A stretch of DNA of 39,376 nt from a plasmid. The notes under the pieces were generated by a model, which did not search any database, was not told where the DNA came from, and saw nothing but the letters and a program-made list of their open reading frames with translations. Positions within the stretch are counted from its first letter, which is position 1. Each line of letters starts with the position of its first letter. Below are positions 1 through 11,145 of this stretch, piece by piece. The translations under genes were made by a program, and so were the position numbers. Location: the sequence record NZ_CP096967.1; one strand, written 5' to 3'.

Positions 1-2217
1 ATGAAAAAGAAAAGTGAATTTGAAGCTCCTTATATTGGTATTGAAACAATAGACAATACTCCTATATTCTATAACCGAAGGGGCGACTATTCTGTTATCA
101 TTAAATGTGAAAATCCTATAATACAGTATTCAGCAGATATGGATGCTTACTATGATTTTCACCACTTATTTACTAATATCCTCAAAGTATTAGGAACTGG
201 ATATACAATACAAAAACAGGATATTCTATGTAAAAAATCATTTTTACCACCCCAGAATAGGAAGAACGACTATTTATCAAATCGTTATTTTGAACATTTT
301 AAAGGACGAATATATACTGATATTTCTACTTATCTTGTTATTACAGGAGAAGTAGAAAGGTCTAAATTCTTTTCTTTTGACCCTCGAAGGTTTGATACTT
401 TTATTAGAAACATCACAAAAGTATTAGGACTATTCGCTAACAGAGGAATAAGAGCTAAACTATTAAATGAAAATGAAATAGAAATATATATAAAAAGATT
501 TCTATCTATCAATTTCAATCAGCAAACAGTAAGCCTAAAAAATATCAAAGCAAGAGAAGAAAATCTTATAATTGGAGAAAAAAACGTACAGTGCATTTCT
601 CTTGTAGATATTGACGAAGTTAATTTTCCTTCTGTTATAAAACCATATAAAGAGGTCAATATTGGGCTAAGGTTTCCTGTTGACTTACTCTCTTTTTTGC
701 ATGATACACCAGGTATAGACACAATTATCTATAATCAAGTAATAAATATTCCAGACCAACGAAACGAAGCAAACAAATTAGAAGGCAAAAAGAAAAAACA
801 TAAAGGAATGCCTGACCCTGCAAATGATTTATGTGTAGAAGACATAGAACGAGTGCAGTCGGATATTGCCAGAGAAGGGCAAATGCTTGTATATGCACAT
901 TATAATATAATTCTTGCTGGTCTTGATGATATTAGTAAGGCTATCAACTATGTTGAAACATCTCTTTTTGATTGTGGCATTATTATTAATAAACAATGTT
1001 TCAACCAATTAGAATTATTCGAATGTGCACTGCCAGGAAACGCAATCAACCTAAACAGTTATGACAAATTTCTAACAACTTCCGATGCTGCAATTTGTCT
1101 TTTGTTCAAGGAAAAATTACAAGTAACAGAAAACAGCCCTTTTCTTACTTATTTTACAGACAGACAAGGATTGCCTGTTGGAATAGATATGTCCGGGAAA
1201 GAAGGTGAGAAAAAATATACAAATAACTCCAACTTCTTTGTTTTAGGTCCAAGTGGTTCTGGTAAGTCTTTCTATGTCAACTCCAAAGTAAGACAATGGG
1301 TTTTAGATAACACTGATATTGTATTGGTAGATACAGGGCATAGTTATTCAGGAATGTGCGAATACTATCATGGCAAATACATTACTTATTCTGAAAGCAA
1401 GCCTATATCTATGAATCCTTTCCGAATTACTGAAGAAGAGTATAATGTAGAAAAGAAAAACTTTCTTAAATCATTAATTTTCCTGATATGGAAAGGTGCA
1501 AATGGTGAGGTCAAAAAGCAAGAAGAAGAAATTATGGATATTACCATAGAAAAATACTATTCTTTCTACTTTCATCCCTTTAATGGTTATTCAGATGCGG
1601 AAAAAGAAGCCATACGTGAAAATTTACTACTCGAATTTCAAGTCAATGAAGAAGAATTTGAAAACGAAAGGGAAAAAGAAGAACGCAAGATACTTTCCGA
1701 AAAAATAGAGAAATTACAGCAACTAGTAGAAAAAGGAGAAGGCGGAGAAAAAACCAACGCAGAAAAAGCGATACAAAACATTCTCATCGAAAAAGGCTTT
1801 ACACGCCAAGAGCTTGATAATCCTGAAACTAGATTACTTTCTATAATAGAAAGACGAATCCAGAAGAAGGAAGATATATTGAAAGAAATAAAAGTTGAAA
1901 GCTTATCTTTTAACTCTTTCTACGAATTTTCCCTACGCATTATACCTATCATTTGCAAAGAGAACAAAATTGATTTTGATATTACTAACTATAAGTTTCT
2001 ATTAAAAAAATTCTATAAAGGAGGACAGTTAGAAAAAACTCTTAATGAGGATTTTGACACTTCCCTTTTTGAAGAACCCTTTATAGTTTTTGAAATTGAT
2101 GCAATTAAAGATGACCCTGAATTATTTCCAATAGTAACCTTAATTATTATGGACGTTTTTATTCAAAAAATGAGATTAAAAAAGAACAGAAAGGCATTAA
2201 TAATTGAAGAAGCATGG
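1..2217 (+). CDS. traG: Conjugative transfer ATPase TraG (VirB4-like), exon 1; the open frame runs on into the intron to a stop at 2277
   Basis: Walker A VLGPSGSGKSF. Length and position after traF fit the CTnDOT tra order. The frame ends ...LIIEEAW (Walker-B-like DEAW) just before the intron. Confidence 0.8.
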
Positions 2218-2847
2218 CTGCGACATGTAAGTCTTGTATATGATTGTTTAACATTCCATTCCACGCGCTGGAAATAGAACGATTAAACCTGTTGTTTCGT
2301 CAACAGTAGCCTATGGGAACGTGCGATAGTAAGCAATGAGGTCGTGCGATAGCAGAACCAACAATGAAGCCCTTCCGAAAGGAGAAGTCAGAACCGCGAG
2401 GGAACGACAACTGCCGTTAGTATCGAGTGGCAGGGGAGCTAGGCTGAATGGTATGAATAACGTAATGTGAACCGTTGATAAACGTCGTAACTTCGAATGA
2501 GCTGTTAATGATACTGGGCTCTAACCCAAAAGGGACGCAGTCGGATAACCTTCTTCATGCTAAGGTTACACGAACATGATGACTGCCGGCGGATAGACGG
2601 ATTCTAACCCATTCGTTTGTCATATACAAGAAACATGGTAAACCCGTATTTCTCCTGTATAACAGCAGGTAAGCAAACCGTAAGGAAAGCCGAATGAAAT
2701 GCGGGCAGAGGAATGTGGAAAAAGCGAATGCCATTCTGTAATGGAGCGGATAGAGGTTGAAACATCACCTCACACGAAAGTGGGCTGACTTCCGCAAGGT
2801 GACTTTTTACAAGAAACTTTTAGAACTTATTTAAAGGAGAAAAGCAA

Positions 2848-4494
2848 ATGAACGAAAGTAAGACATCGTGTGCATCTACTGACCAAAAGTGGAGCACTTG
2901 GGAAAGCATAGACTGGAACAAGTGCGAAATAGCGGTTAATAAGCTACAAGCACGTATTGTAAAAGCTCAGAAAGCAGGCAAACACGGCAGGGTGAAAGCT
3001 TTGCAGTGGATGCTGACGCATTCGTTTTACGCTAAAGCTTTAGCGGTAAAACGTGTTACATCGAACAGAGGCAGTAAAACTGCGGGTGTTGATAAAGCTG
3101 TGTGGGCAACTTCCAACAGTAAATTCAAGGCCATCAGCGAGCTAAGAAGAAGAGGCTATACCCCTCAACCTCTAAGAAGGATACATATTAAAAAGAGTAA
3201 CGGGAAGTTGCGTCCATTAGGGATTCCGACGATGAAAGACAGGGCAATGCAGGCATTGTATCTGCTCGCATTGGAACCTGTGTCAGAAACAACTGCTGAC
3301 AGCAACTCCTACGGATTCCGTAAAGAGAGAAGTGCTGGCGATGCAAGAGAACAATGTTTTTGCGTCCTTGCCAAGACAGCTTCTCCCGAATGGATTTTAG
3401 AAGGAGACATCAAAGGTTGTTTTGACCATATCAGTCATGACTGGCTGTTGGAAAATATTCCAATGGATAAAGTCATGCTGAAAAAATGGCTCAAATGCGG
3501 TTTCGTTTTCAACAAGGAATTATTCCCTACGGAAGAAGGAACTCCACAGGGTGGAATTATCTCGCCAACTCTTGCCAATATGACATTGGACGGTCTGCAA
3601 GCAATGCTCGCAGAAAAGTATTATAGGAAATCCGTTAAGGGACAAGTATATTATCCAAAGGTTCACATGGTTCGATACGCGGATGATTTTATCATTACGG
3701 GAAGGACTAGGGAAGCATTGGAGGAAATAAAGCCGTTAGTGGAGAACTTCCTTGAAAGTCGGGGACTTACTCTATCAGAAGAAAAGACAAAGATAACCCA
3801 TATTGAAGAGGGCTTTGATTTTCTCGGGTACAATATCCGTAAATACAATGGAATACTTCTAATAAAGCCGTCCAAAAAGAGTCTGAAGGGATTCATGGAG
3901 AAAATCAGAGGAATCATTGATTCCAATAAAGGTAGTAAACAGGAATCTCTTATAAGACTTTTGAATCCGGTAATAGTCGGTTGGGTGAATTACTACAAGA
4001 ATTGCGTGGCTTCGGACACATTCAGAAAAGCTGATTACTTGATATTTGAAAAGCTATGGCAATGGGCCAAGAGACGACATCCCAAGAAAGGTAAATATTG
4101 GATTGCCAGCAGATACTTTACACGAATAAAGAATCGTAACTGGTGCTTTGTGGCGAACTTCAAAAGGGGTAAAGCGGATGATAAGATTGCCCTCAAAAGA
4201 CTGTACGACACGAAAATCACCCGATACGTAAAAGTGAAAGGTGAAGCCAATCCTCTCGACCCTGAATGGAAAGAATATTTTGAAAAGCGCAAGACTTACA
4301 AGATGCTCAAGTCGCTTAATGGTAGAAAATCATTGCTGTATATGTGGGAAAAACAAAATCATTTATGCCCCATATGCGGAGAACCCATAGACAAAGAACA
4401 CTCGTGGGGAACTAATGAAAGAATTGTCAATGGAAAGAAAGTTAATTTCTTGGTACATGACAGTTGCAGAAGAAAAGTCATTCAACTTAAATAG
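2848..4494 (+). CDS. Group II intron reverse transcriptase/maturase (intron-encoded protein)
   Basis: RT domains 0-7 with YADDFII; maturase-like region (LIRLLNPVIVGWVNYY); Cys/His-rich C-terminus. Located in the intron's domain IV region. Confidence 0.9.
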   Translation: MNESKTSCASTDQKWSTWESIDWNKCEIAVNKLQARIVKAQKAGKHGRVKALQWMLTHSFYAKALAVKRVTSNRGSKTAGVDKAVWATSNSKFKAISELRRRGYTPQPLRRIHIKKSNGKLRPLGIPTMKDRAMQALYLLALEPVSETTADSNSYGFRKERSAGDAREQCFCVLAKTASPEWILEGDIKGCFDHISHDWLLENIPMDKVMLKKWLKCGFVFNKELFPTEEGTPQGGIISPTLANMTLDGLQAMLAEKYYRKSVKGQVYYPKVHMVRYADDFIITGRTREALEEIKPLVENFLESRGLTLSEEKTKITHIEEGFDFLGYNIRKYNGILLIKPSKKSLKGFMEKIRGIIDSNKGSKQESLIRLLNPVIVGWVNYYKNCVASDTFRKADYLIFEKLWQWAKRRHPKKGKYWIASRYFTRIKNRNWCFVANFKRGKADDKIALKRLYDTKITRYVKVKGEANPLDPEWKEYFEKRKTYKMLKSLNGRKSLLYMWEKQNHLCPICGEPIDKEHSWGTNERIVNGKKVNFLVHDSCRRKVIQLK

Positions 4495-4541
4495 ATGTAA
4501 CAATGAGCTGGTTTCTATTAGATAGAAATTTAAAGTTGCTT

Positions 4542-4575
4542 GAGCCGTATGATTGGAAACTTTCACGTACGGTTC
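4542..4575 (+). ncRNA. Group II intron domain V (catalytic hairpin)
   Basis: 34-nt match to the D5 consensus GAGCCGUAUG...CGUACGGUUC, including the AGC triad. Confidence 0.75.
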
Positions 4576-4616
4576 TTAGGGGGGAAAGGGGCAGTAATGC
4601 CCCCGACCTACCCGGC

Positions 4617-5240
4617 AAAGCCATAGCTAGCCCTATGATGGCTGGCTATATACTCTATTTGTATAAAACAGTTCGTAAATTTTGGGGTATGGCAATGGTT
4701 GTTACTCAAGAACTGGAGGACATAATTAGTAATCCTGTAGTCAAAAACTCTATAATCAGCAACTCCGATATTATATGCCTATTAGACCAAAGTAAATTTA
4801 TAGACAAATATCAAGAAATAGCAAATCTTTTATCCCTAACGGAAGTAAATCAAAAGCAAATATTTACCATAAATCAACTTCCCAATAAAGAAAACCGTAA
4901 TCGGTTTAATGAAGTATTTATAAAAAGAGGAAATTATGGAAATGTATTTGGAGTAGAGGTTTCTCTACACGAATATTTCACATTTACTACAGAACGAATT
5001 GAAAAAGATGCTGTTGGATATTATCATATCATTTATGGTAGTTTCCAAACAGGATTGGATAATTTTATAATAGACCTAAAATCTTCCAAATTAAAAAATA
5101 TGGATTGGGTTTTACAAGTCAATAAGGTACTAGGGTATCACTCCGATGATGGAAGCCTAAAAGATATACTTAACATCATAGGGGAACAACCATTATATAA
5201 GTATATCCTAGATAAATACAAATGGATTACAAACCGTTAA
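4617..5240 (+). CDS. traG: TraG (VirB4-like) exon 2, C-terminal part
   Basis: KAIASPMMAGYILYLYKTVRKFWGMAMVVTQELEDIIS... is the typical VirB4/TraG C-terminal region. In frame with exon 1 if the splice joins W|K. Confidence 0.7.
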   Translation, partial: KAIASPMMAGYILYLYKTVRKFWGMAMVVTQELEDIISNPVVKNSIISNSDIICLLDQSKFIDKYQEIANLLSLTEVNQKQIFTINQLPNKENRNRFNEVFIKRGNYGNVFGVEVSLHEYFTFTTERIEKDAVGYYHIIYGSFQTGLDNFIIDLKSSKLKNMDWVLQVNKVLGYHSDDGSLKDILNIIGEQPLYKYILDKYKWITNR

Positions 5241-5250
5241 AGATAATATC

Positions 5251-5925
5251 ATGAAGAAAATCCTATTTATTTTAGTGGTAGCATCTACTTTAACCCAAGT
5301 TGCATATTCGCAAAAGGCAGTCTTGGATATAACCTGTATGGAAACACTTATAGCTAATCATAAGGTGCAACATACTTCTTTCTCTAAAGTGAAAGAGAAT
5401 GAAGCTCAAATAAGCCTTATACAAAAACAAATCAGTGAAAAAATGGTTCAGATTGAATTTTTCCAAAGCAAATTTTATAATAGCCTAAAATCTGTAGAAG
5501 CCATCATAAAAACAGGAAAAGATATTATCTACTGCACTGATATTGCAGCAGATATTGGTAAATATCAAAAACAAATGGTTGAACTTGCTGTAGGTGACCC
5601 GGCTTTATTATTGGTGTCAGCAAAAACAGAGCTAGAATTAGTAAATCGCACTGCGGATTTGACACAATACATTTATCAGGTCGCTATTGTCGGGACAGAT
5701 GTAAACCTTATGGATAATAAGCAAAGAATAGACTTGCTTAAGTATGTTATTAATGAACTAAGAAACATGAGAGGTATAGCATACGCTGTATGCCGACAGA
5801 TGAAAACAGCAAAAAGAAATGGAGTATTACAAACATTAGCTCCGGGGGTATTTAAATACAAAGATAATCGTTCAAAATTAGTTGATGATTTATTACAGAA
5901 TTATAAAGTAAAACCTAAAAGATAA
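5251..5925 (+). CDS. Conjugative transfer protein, TraH-position; signal peptide
   Basis: Signal peptide, position after traG. Paralog of 21694..22377 (shared NLMDNKQRIDL...AYAVCRQMK...). Confidence 0.5.
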   Translation: MKKILFILVVASTLTQVAYSQKAVLDITCMETLIANHKVQHTSFSKVKENEAQISLIQKQISEKMVQIEFFQSKFYNSLKSVEAIIKTGKDIIYCTDIAADIGKYQKQMVELAVGDPALLLVSAKTELELVNRTADLTQYIYQVAIVGTDVNLMDNKQRIDLLKYVINELRNMRGIAYAVCRQMKTAKRNGVLQTLAPGVFKYKDNRSKLVDDLLQNYKVKPKR

Positions 5926-5926
5926 T

Positions 5927-6583
5927 ATGAAAAGAGTGCTTTTATTTTTTTCCCTAATGTTGATTATTGGTACTTCTAATACCTATTCCCAAATGCCTGT
6001 AAAGGATAAAGGGAAATGGAGCGTGCTTAATAATATGGAATTTATGGATAGAGTACGACTACAACCAGAATGGTATCATTACTGGATATGGTATAAAAAG
6101 GTTTTGGGTATTAAAATTCCTTTGCCGGGCTTAGGGTTACACGACAAATACGGGAAGGAAGATAGACGTAATTTCCAGTTACAAGAAATTCCCATGATGG
6201 CAGCCGTAGAGTACAATAAATCAGAAACAGAAAAAGAAGGGTATAATGTTGATACCATATATAGACAGGAACTCTTCAAATTTGGAGATAAAGAAATTGA
6301 TTATCAATATACTTTAACTAAAAATCGTAGAAATGATATTCTTAATGATATAAATAAAAAACTTGTCGAATATTCTTCTAATGGCGGTAATAAAGAACAT
6401 GTTGAAGTTATAACTGATGAAGTTACTAGAATAAAAAAGAACATAGATATAATCCATGATTCACATATGAGTAACTCTAAAAAAAGGGAAGCCTATTTAG
6501 ATTTTGATAAAGAACTAATAGAGGTTCTTTCATTAATAACAAGATTGAATAATATAAATAAAACAATAATGAGCCATGAATGA
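5927..6583 (+). CDS. traI: Conjugative transfer protein TraI-like (secreted)
   Basis: Signal peptide MKRVLLFFSLMLIIG; size and position in the operon. Confidence 0.5.
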   Translation: MKRVLLFFSLMLIIGTSNTYSQMPVKDKGKWSVLNNMEFMDRVRLQPEWYHYWIWYKKVLGIKIPLPGLGLHDKYGKEDRRNFQLQEIPMMAAVEYNKSETEKEGYNVDTIYRQELFKFGDKEIDYQYTLTKNRRNDILNDINKKLVEYSSNGGNKEHVEVITDEVTRIKKNIDIIHDSHMSNSKKREAYLDFDKELIEVLSLITRLNNINKTIMSHE

Positions 6584-7598
6584 GTTAATAGATAAATTCT
6601 TATTTGAATTATTTGATGGACTAAGAGATAAAACAACTGTTCTATTCGGAGAATTTATTGCGGATGCACAAGCATTGGCAGCAATCTTTATGTTGTTATA
6701 TTTTGGAGTAGAAAGCTTCAAAATGATGAGTGGAGATAAAAAATTAGAGATTATCCCGTTATTGCGTCCATTCGCACTGGGATTGGTTCTTATGTTCTGG
6801 ATTCCCTTTATTAATCTAATCAGTTATCCCGGAGAGTTATTAACAGCACGAAGCAAGGCTATGTTTACGAACCAGATAGAAGAAGTAGAATTACTTTCTC
6901 GTAATAGATATGCACTCATTGATAGCGTAGCAGTAGAGTTATTACATACTTCATTAGAAGTTGAAAGAGCCGAAAATGAAGTTAAGGATAAGAAATGGTA
7001 TGATTTTAGTATAGACTTCTCAGCTATTGGAGACAAGATAGCTGGATTATATGTATATGTAGTCGCTAAGGTTAAAATGATAATGTTTAATATCATTGAA
7101 TTTATTGTCGTTACTTTTTGGCAAGTATGTACCTATTTTGTCTTTTTCCTACAAATCATATTCACAGGAATATTAGTTATTCTTGGTCCACTAGCTTTTG
7201 CATTCTCTGTTTTACCTGCATTTCGGGATGCTTATATACAATGGATAGCTCGTTTTGTCAGTGTTAGTTTATATTCATGTATTGCATATATAGTATTATC
7301 AATTTCTTTAGTAGTAATGCAATATGGGATAGAAAGAGAAATTGAAATTTTAGAATATGCGCTTAGAAATGAAGCTGCATTTGTCATGTATGTCGGAATG
7401 ACCTCTGGAGGTGTCAATAGCTTCCTTCTTACAGCATTACTTGGAGCATTTGCCATGCTTACAATACCTTTTGTTTCTACATGGATTGTAAGTACAACTG
7501 GAGTAGGGCAAGCAGTAGGAGGCATGGTTGGAGGAGCAGCCATCGCAACCAAAGCTGTAGCAGCTCCGGCTACAGGTGGAGCCAGTGCAGCTATGTAA
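6576..7598 (+). CDS. traJ: TraJ (VirB6-like polytopic membrane protein)
   Basis: 340 aa with multiple TM helices and a Gly/Ala-rich C-terminus; position in the operon. Confidence 0.7.
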   Translation: MNELIDKFLFELFDGLRDKTTVLFGEFIADAQALAAIFMLLYFGVESFKMMSGDKKLEIIPLLRPFALGLVLMFWIPFINLISYPGELLTARSKAMFTNQIEEVELLSRNRYALIDSVAVELLHTSLEVERAENEVKDKKWYDFSIDFSAIGDKIAGLYVYVVAKVKMIMFNIIEFIVVTFWQVCTYFVFFLQIIFTGILVILGPLAFAFSVLPAFRDAYIQWIARFVSVSLYSCIAYIVLSISLVVMQYGIEREIEILEYALRNEAAFVMYVGMTSGGVNSFLLTALLGAFAMLTIPFVSTWIVSTTGVGQAVGGMVGGAAIATKAVAAPATGGASAAM

Positions 7599-7630
7599 AA
7601 AGATTCATTAAATTTTAAATTCACATAATC

Positions 7631-8245
7631 ATGATTATTAAAAACTTAGAAAATAAAATCAAATTAGCCGGAATTTTATCCATTGGCTGTTTTGCAACTA
7701 GTATAGTTATTTCAGGTATGGTACTAGCCTTTTGTTTCTCTTTAGTAAAAGCTGAAAGAAAAAAAATATATGTTTTGGATAATGATGTCCCTGTACTAGT
7801 AAAACAAACTGGTACAGAAGTCAACTTGGAAGTCGAATGTAAGAGCCACATAAATCTATTCCACACTTTATTTTTCACATTACCACCAGACGATGAATTT
7901 ATAAAATACAACATGGAAAAAGCCATGTATCTAATTGATGATAGCGGATTAAAACAATATAATAATTTAAAAGAAAAAGGATATTTCAACACCATATTAG
8001 CGAGTTCTGCAACAGTAACAATTATGACAGATAGTATCAAGGTGGACATGAACAACCTATCTTTTGAGTACTATGGCATCCAACGTATAGAGCGAGAAAC
8101 CTCTATTCTAAAAAGGCAACTTGTAACTACAGGGAAATTAAGACAAATTCCACGCACTGAAAATAATCCTCATGGACTTATTATCACAGATTGGAAAACG
8201 ATACTAAACAAAGACCTAGATTATAAAGTAAAAAAGAATTTCTAA
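7631..8245 (+). CDS. traK: TraK-like
   Basis: 204 aa with an N-terminal TM segment; operon position. Confidence 0.55.
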   Translation: MIIKNLENKIKLAGILSIGCFATSIVISGMVLAFCFSLVKAERKKIYVLDNDVPVLVKQTGTEVNLEVECKSHINLFHTLFFTLPPDDEFIKYNMEKAMYLIDDSGLKQYNNLKEKGYFNTILASSATVTIMTDSIKVDMNNLSFEYYGIQRIERETSILKRQLVTTGKLRQIPRTENNPHGLIITDWKTILNKDLDYKVKKNF

Positions 8246-8676
8246 TGAAACTGTTTAAACATAAAAAGAATGATAGAAAAGAAAGTATCAAGACTAAAGC
8301 CGAGCAAGCTACAGCTGTTCTTCTTACTAAAATATTTCAAAAGTTCGGAGTTAATAACGCTTGTGAACGCTTATTGGCGTGGGCTGATATACACCGTAAA
8401 GCTATGTTTGGAATTACGATTTCATTCCTTTCTTTCGTCACAATTCTATCATTAGTAATGCGTCCAGAAAGAAAGCCAATGCAAGTTTTCAACGAAGAAA
8501 AAAGCAAAGTACAAATTAACATTGATAGTACCCTACAAAAAAAACAAGTAGGAGTTCACGACTTGTTAGAAGTGATTAAAATGCAAAATGAAATTAATGA
8601 GCTAAGAAAAAATGGGAAATTAACTCCAGAAGACACTATACGAATAAAAAATTTATACAATAAATTAAATAAATAG
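8245..8676 (+). CDS. TraL-like small membrane protein
   Basis: 143 aa, one TM segment; start overlaps the upstream stop (ATGA); operon position. Confidence 0.4.
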   Translation: MKLFKHKKNDRKESIKTKAEQATAVLLTKIFQKFGVNNACERLLAWADIHRKAMFGITISFLSFVTILSLVMRPERKPMQVFNEEKSKVQINIDSTLQKKQVGVHDLLEVIKMQNEINELRKNGKLTPEDTIRIKNLYNKLNK

Positions 8677-8679
8677 CGT

Positions 8680-9786
8680 ATGAAACAGATTGATATTAAA
8701 AAGCCTAAGTACATCATTCCGATACTCATCCTACCTTTTATTCTAGGGATAGGATGGCTAGTTAAGGATATGATAAACTCTGCCCCAGCAGAAGAAACTA
8801 CATTAGTAGAAACGGAAGAATTAAATCTTGATATTCCTGATGCTAATTTAGAAAAAAGAGAGATAAAAAGTAAATTTGAATCACTCAAAGGAGCTTTCAA
8901 TAAATCTTCTGATTATTCATCAATACAAACCATAGATAAAGAAGAAGTTAGCGAAATTGAAAGTTCTGGTTCTCTTTACTCCAATGATGAAATAAGGCAA
9001 ATTGACAGTTTAAATCAAGCTTCTAGAATCCGAGAAAAGGAATTGGAACAACAAATAAAAGGATTTCCTACTATAGATGAATCAAGTCAAACAGAAACTA
9101 GGAAAGCTCCTGAAAAATCCAAGATGCAAGAAGAAATGGAGCTTTTTAAAATGCAAATGGCTTATATAGATTCATTACAAAATCCACGTCCTAGAACACC
9201 TCAAAAAAAACAAGATGAAAAGCCAAAAGAAAAGGCTATAGAAGTTGTAAAAGCGAAAAATCCCGCAGAAGTATATTTTAATACTGTAGGGAAAGAACAA
9301 AAAACTTCACTAATCACAGCTATATTAGATGAAACTTTAAAAGTAACAGATGGTAGCCGAGTACGCATACGGCTTCTAGATGATATAATGATTAATGACG
9401 CTCTTTTAACTAAAGGCACTTACCTATATGGGAATGTATCTGGCTTTAAAGCTCAAAGAGTACACATTAATATTTCCTCTATAATGGTTGATGGCAGACA
9501 AATGAAAGTAGATTTATCTGTATATGATAATGACGGACAAGAAGGTTTCTTTGTTCCTTCATCAGCTTTTAGAGATTTGAGTAAAGATGTTGGAGCGCAA
9601 ATAGGAAGCCAAACTATACAAATGAACAGCCAATCAGAAGGAGTAGAACAATTCGCTTTAGGTGCTTTACAAGATGCCTACCGTAGTACAACCCAAGCTC
9701 TTTCCAAAAACATCAAAAAAAACAAAGCCAAATTAAAATATAACACACAAGTTTTTTTAGTAAACAACAAAGATAAAGAACAATAA
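8680..9786 (+). CDS. traM: TraM-like (VirB10-position)
   Basis: 368 aa with N-terminal TM and a charged linker; operon position. Confidence 0.6.
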   Translation: MKQIDIKKPKYIIPILILPFILGIGWLVKDMINSAPAEETTLVETEELNLDIPDANLEKREIKSKFESLKGAFNKSSDYSSIQTIDKEEVSEIESSGSLYSNDEIRQIDSLNQASRIREKELEQQIKGFPTIDESSQTETRKAPEKSKMQEEMELFKMQMAYIDSLQNPRPRTPQKKQDEKPKEKAIEVVKAKNPAEVYFNTVGKEQKTSLITAILDETLKVTDGSRVRIRLLDDIMINDALLTKGTYLYGNVSGFKAQRVHINISSIMVDGRQMKVDLSVYDNDGQEGFFVPSSAFRDLSKDVGAQIGSQTIQMNSQSEGVEQFALGALQDAYRSTTQALSKNIKKNKAKLKYNTQVFLVNNKDKEQ

Positions 9787-9787
9787 T

Positions 9788-10627
9788 ATGAGAAAGATTT
9801 TTATTGCATTATGCACAATGGTTTCTGTTATTACAGGAAATGCACAGAACACCCCTATTGGAGAAAACATCGAGCTTGCAGGTGAAAACCCAGAAGAACT
9901 AAAGGTTATATACGTCAACAAAGATGTTTCAACGCATTTTATAGCTATGGAAGATATAAAATATGTTGATATATCAGTCAATGATATTGTTGGCGATATT
10001 CCTACTGGTAACTCTCTTAGAATAAAGCCCACAAAAGAAGGAGCTAGTGGAGTTATCACCATTGTTACAGAAAGATTTTTCGTACAATATATGCTAGTAT
10101 ATAGTAGCGATTTAGCAAAAGCATACACTCGCTTTAATATCCCTTATGCTGATTTACGTAGCTATATGAATCCAGAAGTGAACTTAACCAAAGCACAAAT
10201 GTATGATTACGCACATAGAATGTTTATTTCAAAAAATAAATTCTATGATGTTTCCAGTAAAAGTAACCTAATGAAAATTGTACTAAACAATATCTACACA
10301 TTAGATAAGTATTTCTTTATTGATATTTCTATGATTAATAAAACAAAAATACGATATGATATAGACCAAATACGCTTCAAAATAGAAGATAAAAAACAAA
10401 CAAAGGCTACTAATTTTCAATCTATAGAAATACTTCCATTGATGCAAGTTAATAAGAATCTTGTTTTCAAGAAGAACTATCGAAATATTTTTGTCTTTGA
10501 AAAATTTACTTTCCCAGACGAAAAAGTTCTTACCATAGAAATATCTGAAAAACAGATTTCAGGACGTACTATAACATTAAGAATTGATTATGCAGACATT
10601 CTTCATGCAGATGCTTTTACTGAATAA
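9788..10627 (+). CDS. traN: TraN-like (secreted)
   Basis: Signal peptide, 279 aa; operon position. Confidence 0.6.
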   Translation: MRKIFIALCTMVSVITGNAQNTPIGENIELAGENPEELKVIYVNKDVSTHFIAMEDIKYVDISVNDIVGDIPTGNSLRIKPTKEGASGVITIVTERFFVQYMLVYSSDLAKAYTRFNIPYADLRSYMNPEVNLTKAQMYDYAHRMFISKNKFYDVSSKSNLMKIVLNNIYTLDKYFFIDISMINKTKIRYDIDQIRFKIEDKKQTKATNFQSIEILPLMQVNKNLVFKKNYRNIFVFEKFTFPDEKVLTIEISEKQISGRTITLRIDYADILHADAFTE

Positions 10628-10639
10628 AATTTTACGATT

Positions 10640-11143
10640 ATGAAAAGAATAGCATTTCTTGTTATCACCTTATTTTTTTCCCTAAAGTCAATGGCTGGTG
10701 ATGGTGATAAGTTTTTTAATATTTCAGGAGGTTGGCAATGGAAAAATACCGTCAATGCAGTTGTAGGGCTGGAGTTTGAAGGTAAATATCACAATGCTTA
10801 TGAACTATATATTGATTTAGCTACAGCATATGATAAATGCCCGGTATGTAATAAGGTATGCTCTGATAGTTTCTGGAGCTATAAAACATTCGGCATAGGT
10901 GCAGCATATAAACCTACAATCTCACGAGGCAAAAACAGTAATTTAAGATGGCGGTTTGGAGCAGATTTAGGAGCTAACAGAAAAGGGTTTCAGGCTTCCA
11001 TTGATATAGGTTTAGAATATAGCTATTCATTTAGAAATGGAATGCAAGTCTTTGTAATGCAAAAAAATGATTTTGTCTTTTGGACACGTGACCATTTCCG
11101 AAATGGATTATTAGTAGGTGTCAAATTTCCAATAAATAATTAA
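10640..11143 (+). CDS. traO: TraO-like
   Basis: Signal peptide, 167 aa; operon position. Confidence 0.5.
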   Translation: MKRIAFLVITLFFSLKSMAGDGDKFFNISGGWQWKNTVNAVVGLEFEGKYHNAYELYIDLATAYDKCPVCNKVCSDSFWSYKTFGIGAAYKPTISRGKNSNLRWRFGADLGANRKGFQASIDIGLEYSYSFRNGMQVFVMQKNDFVFWTRDHFRNGLLVGVKFPINN

Positions 11144-11145
11144 GT

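Larger units (their letters stand above)
2218..4616 (+). mobile_element. Group II intron with intron-encoded RT/maturase inserted in traG; boundaries approximate (+/- ~6 nt)
   Basis: RT ORF with YADD motif and an X/maturase region plus a Zn/HNH-like C-terminus. Domain V (GAGCCGTATGATTGGAAACTTTCACGTACGGTTC) lies at 4542-4575, followed by a domain-VI-like GC hairpin. traG resumes in frame at 4617 (KAIASPMMAGY...). Confidence 0.8.

Noticed and set aside
2321-2325. Canonical GTGCG that could be taken as the intron 5' end
   Set aside because: An in-frame stop at 2275 and stops in all frames between 2218 and 2320 mean exon 1 cannot extend that far. The 5' splice site must lie near 2218 even though it is non-canonical.
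2278-2847. 570-bp ORF-free, GC-richer block after the apparent traG stop; a possible structured RNA gene
   Set aside because: Explained as group II intron domains I-III upstream of the intron RT ORF. The traG frame resumes after domain V/VI.
3663-4566. Minus-strand ORFs antisense to the intron RT (3663..3926, 4035..4292, 4363..4566)
   Set aside because: Overlap a well-supported RT/maturase CDS on the opposite strand, with no independent support.
7232-8055. Minus-strand ORFs 7232..7624 and 7621..8055 antisense to traJ/traK
   Set aside because: Antisense to membrane-protein genes in a tightly packed operon; likely spurious.
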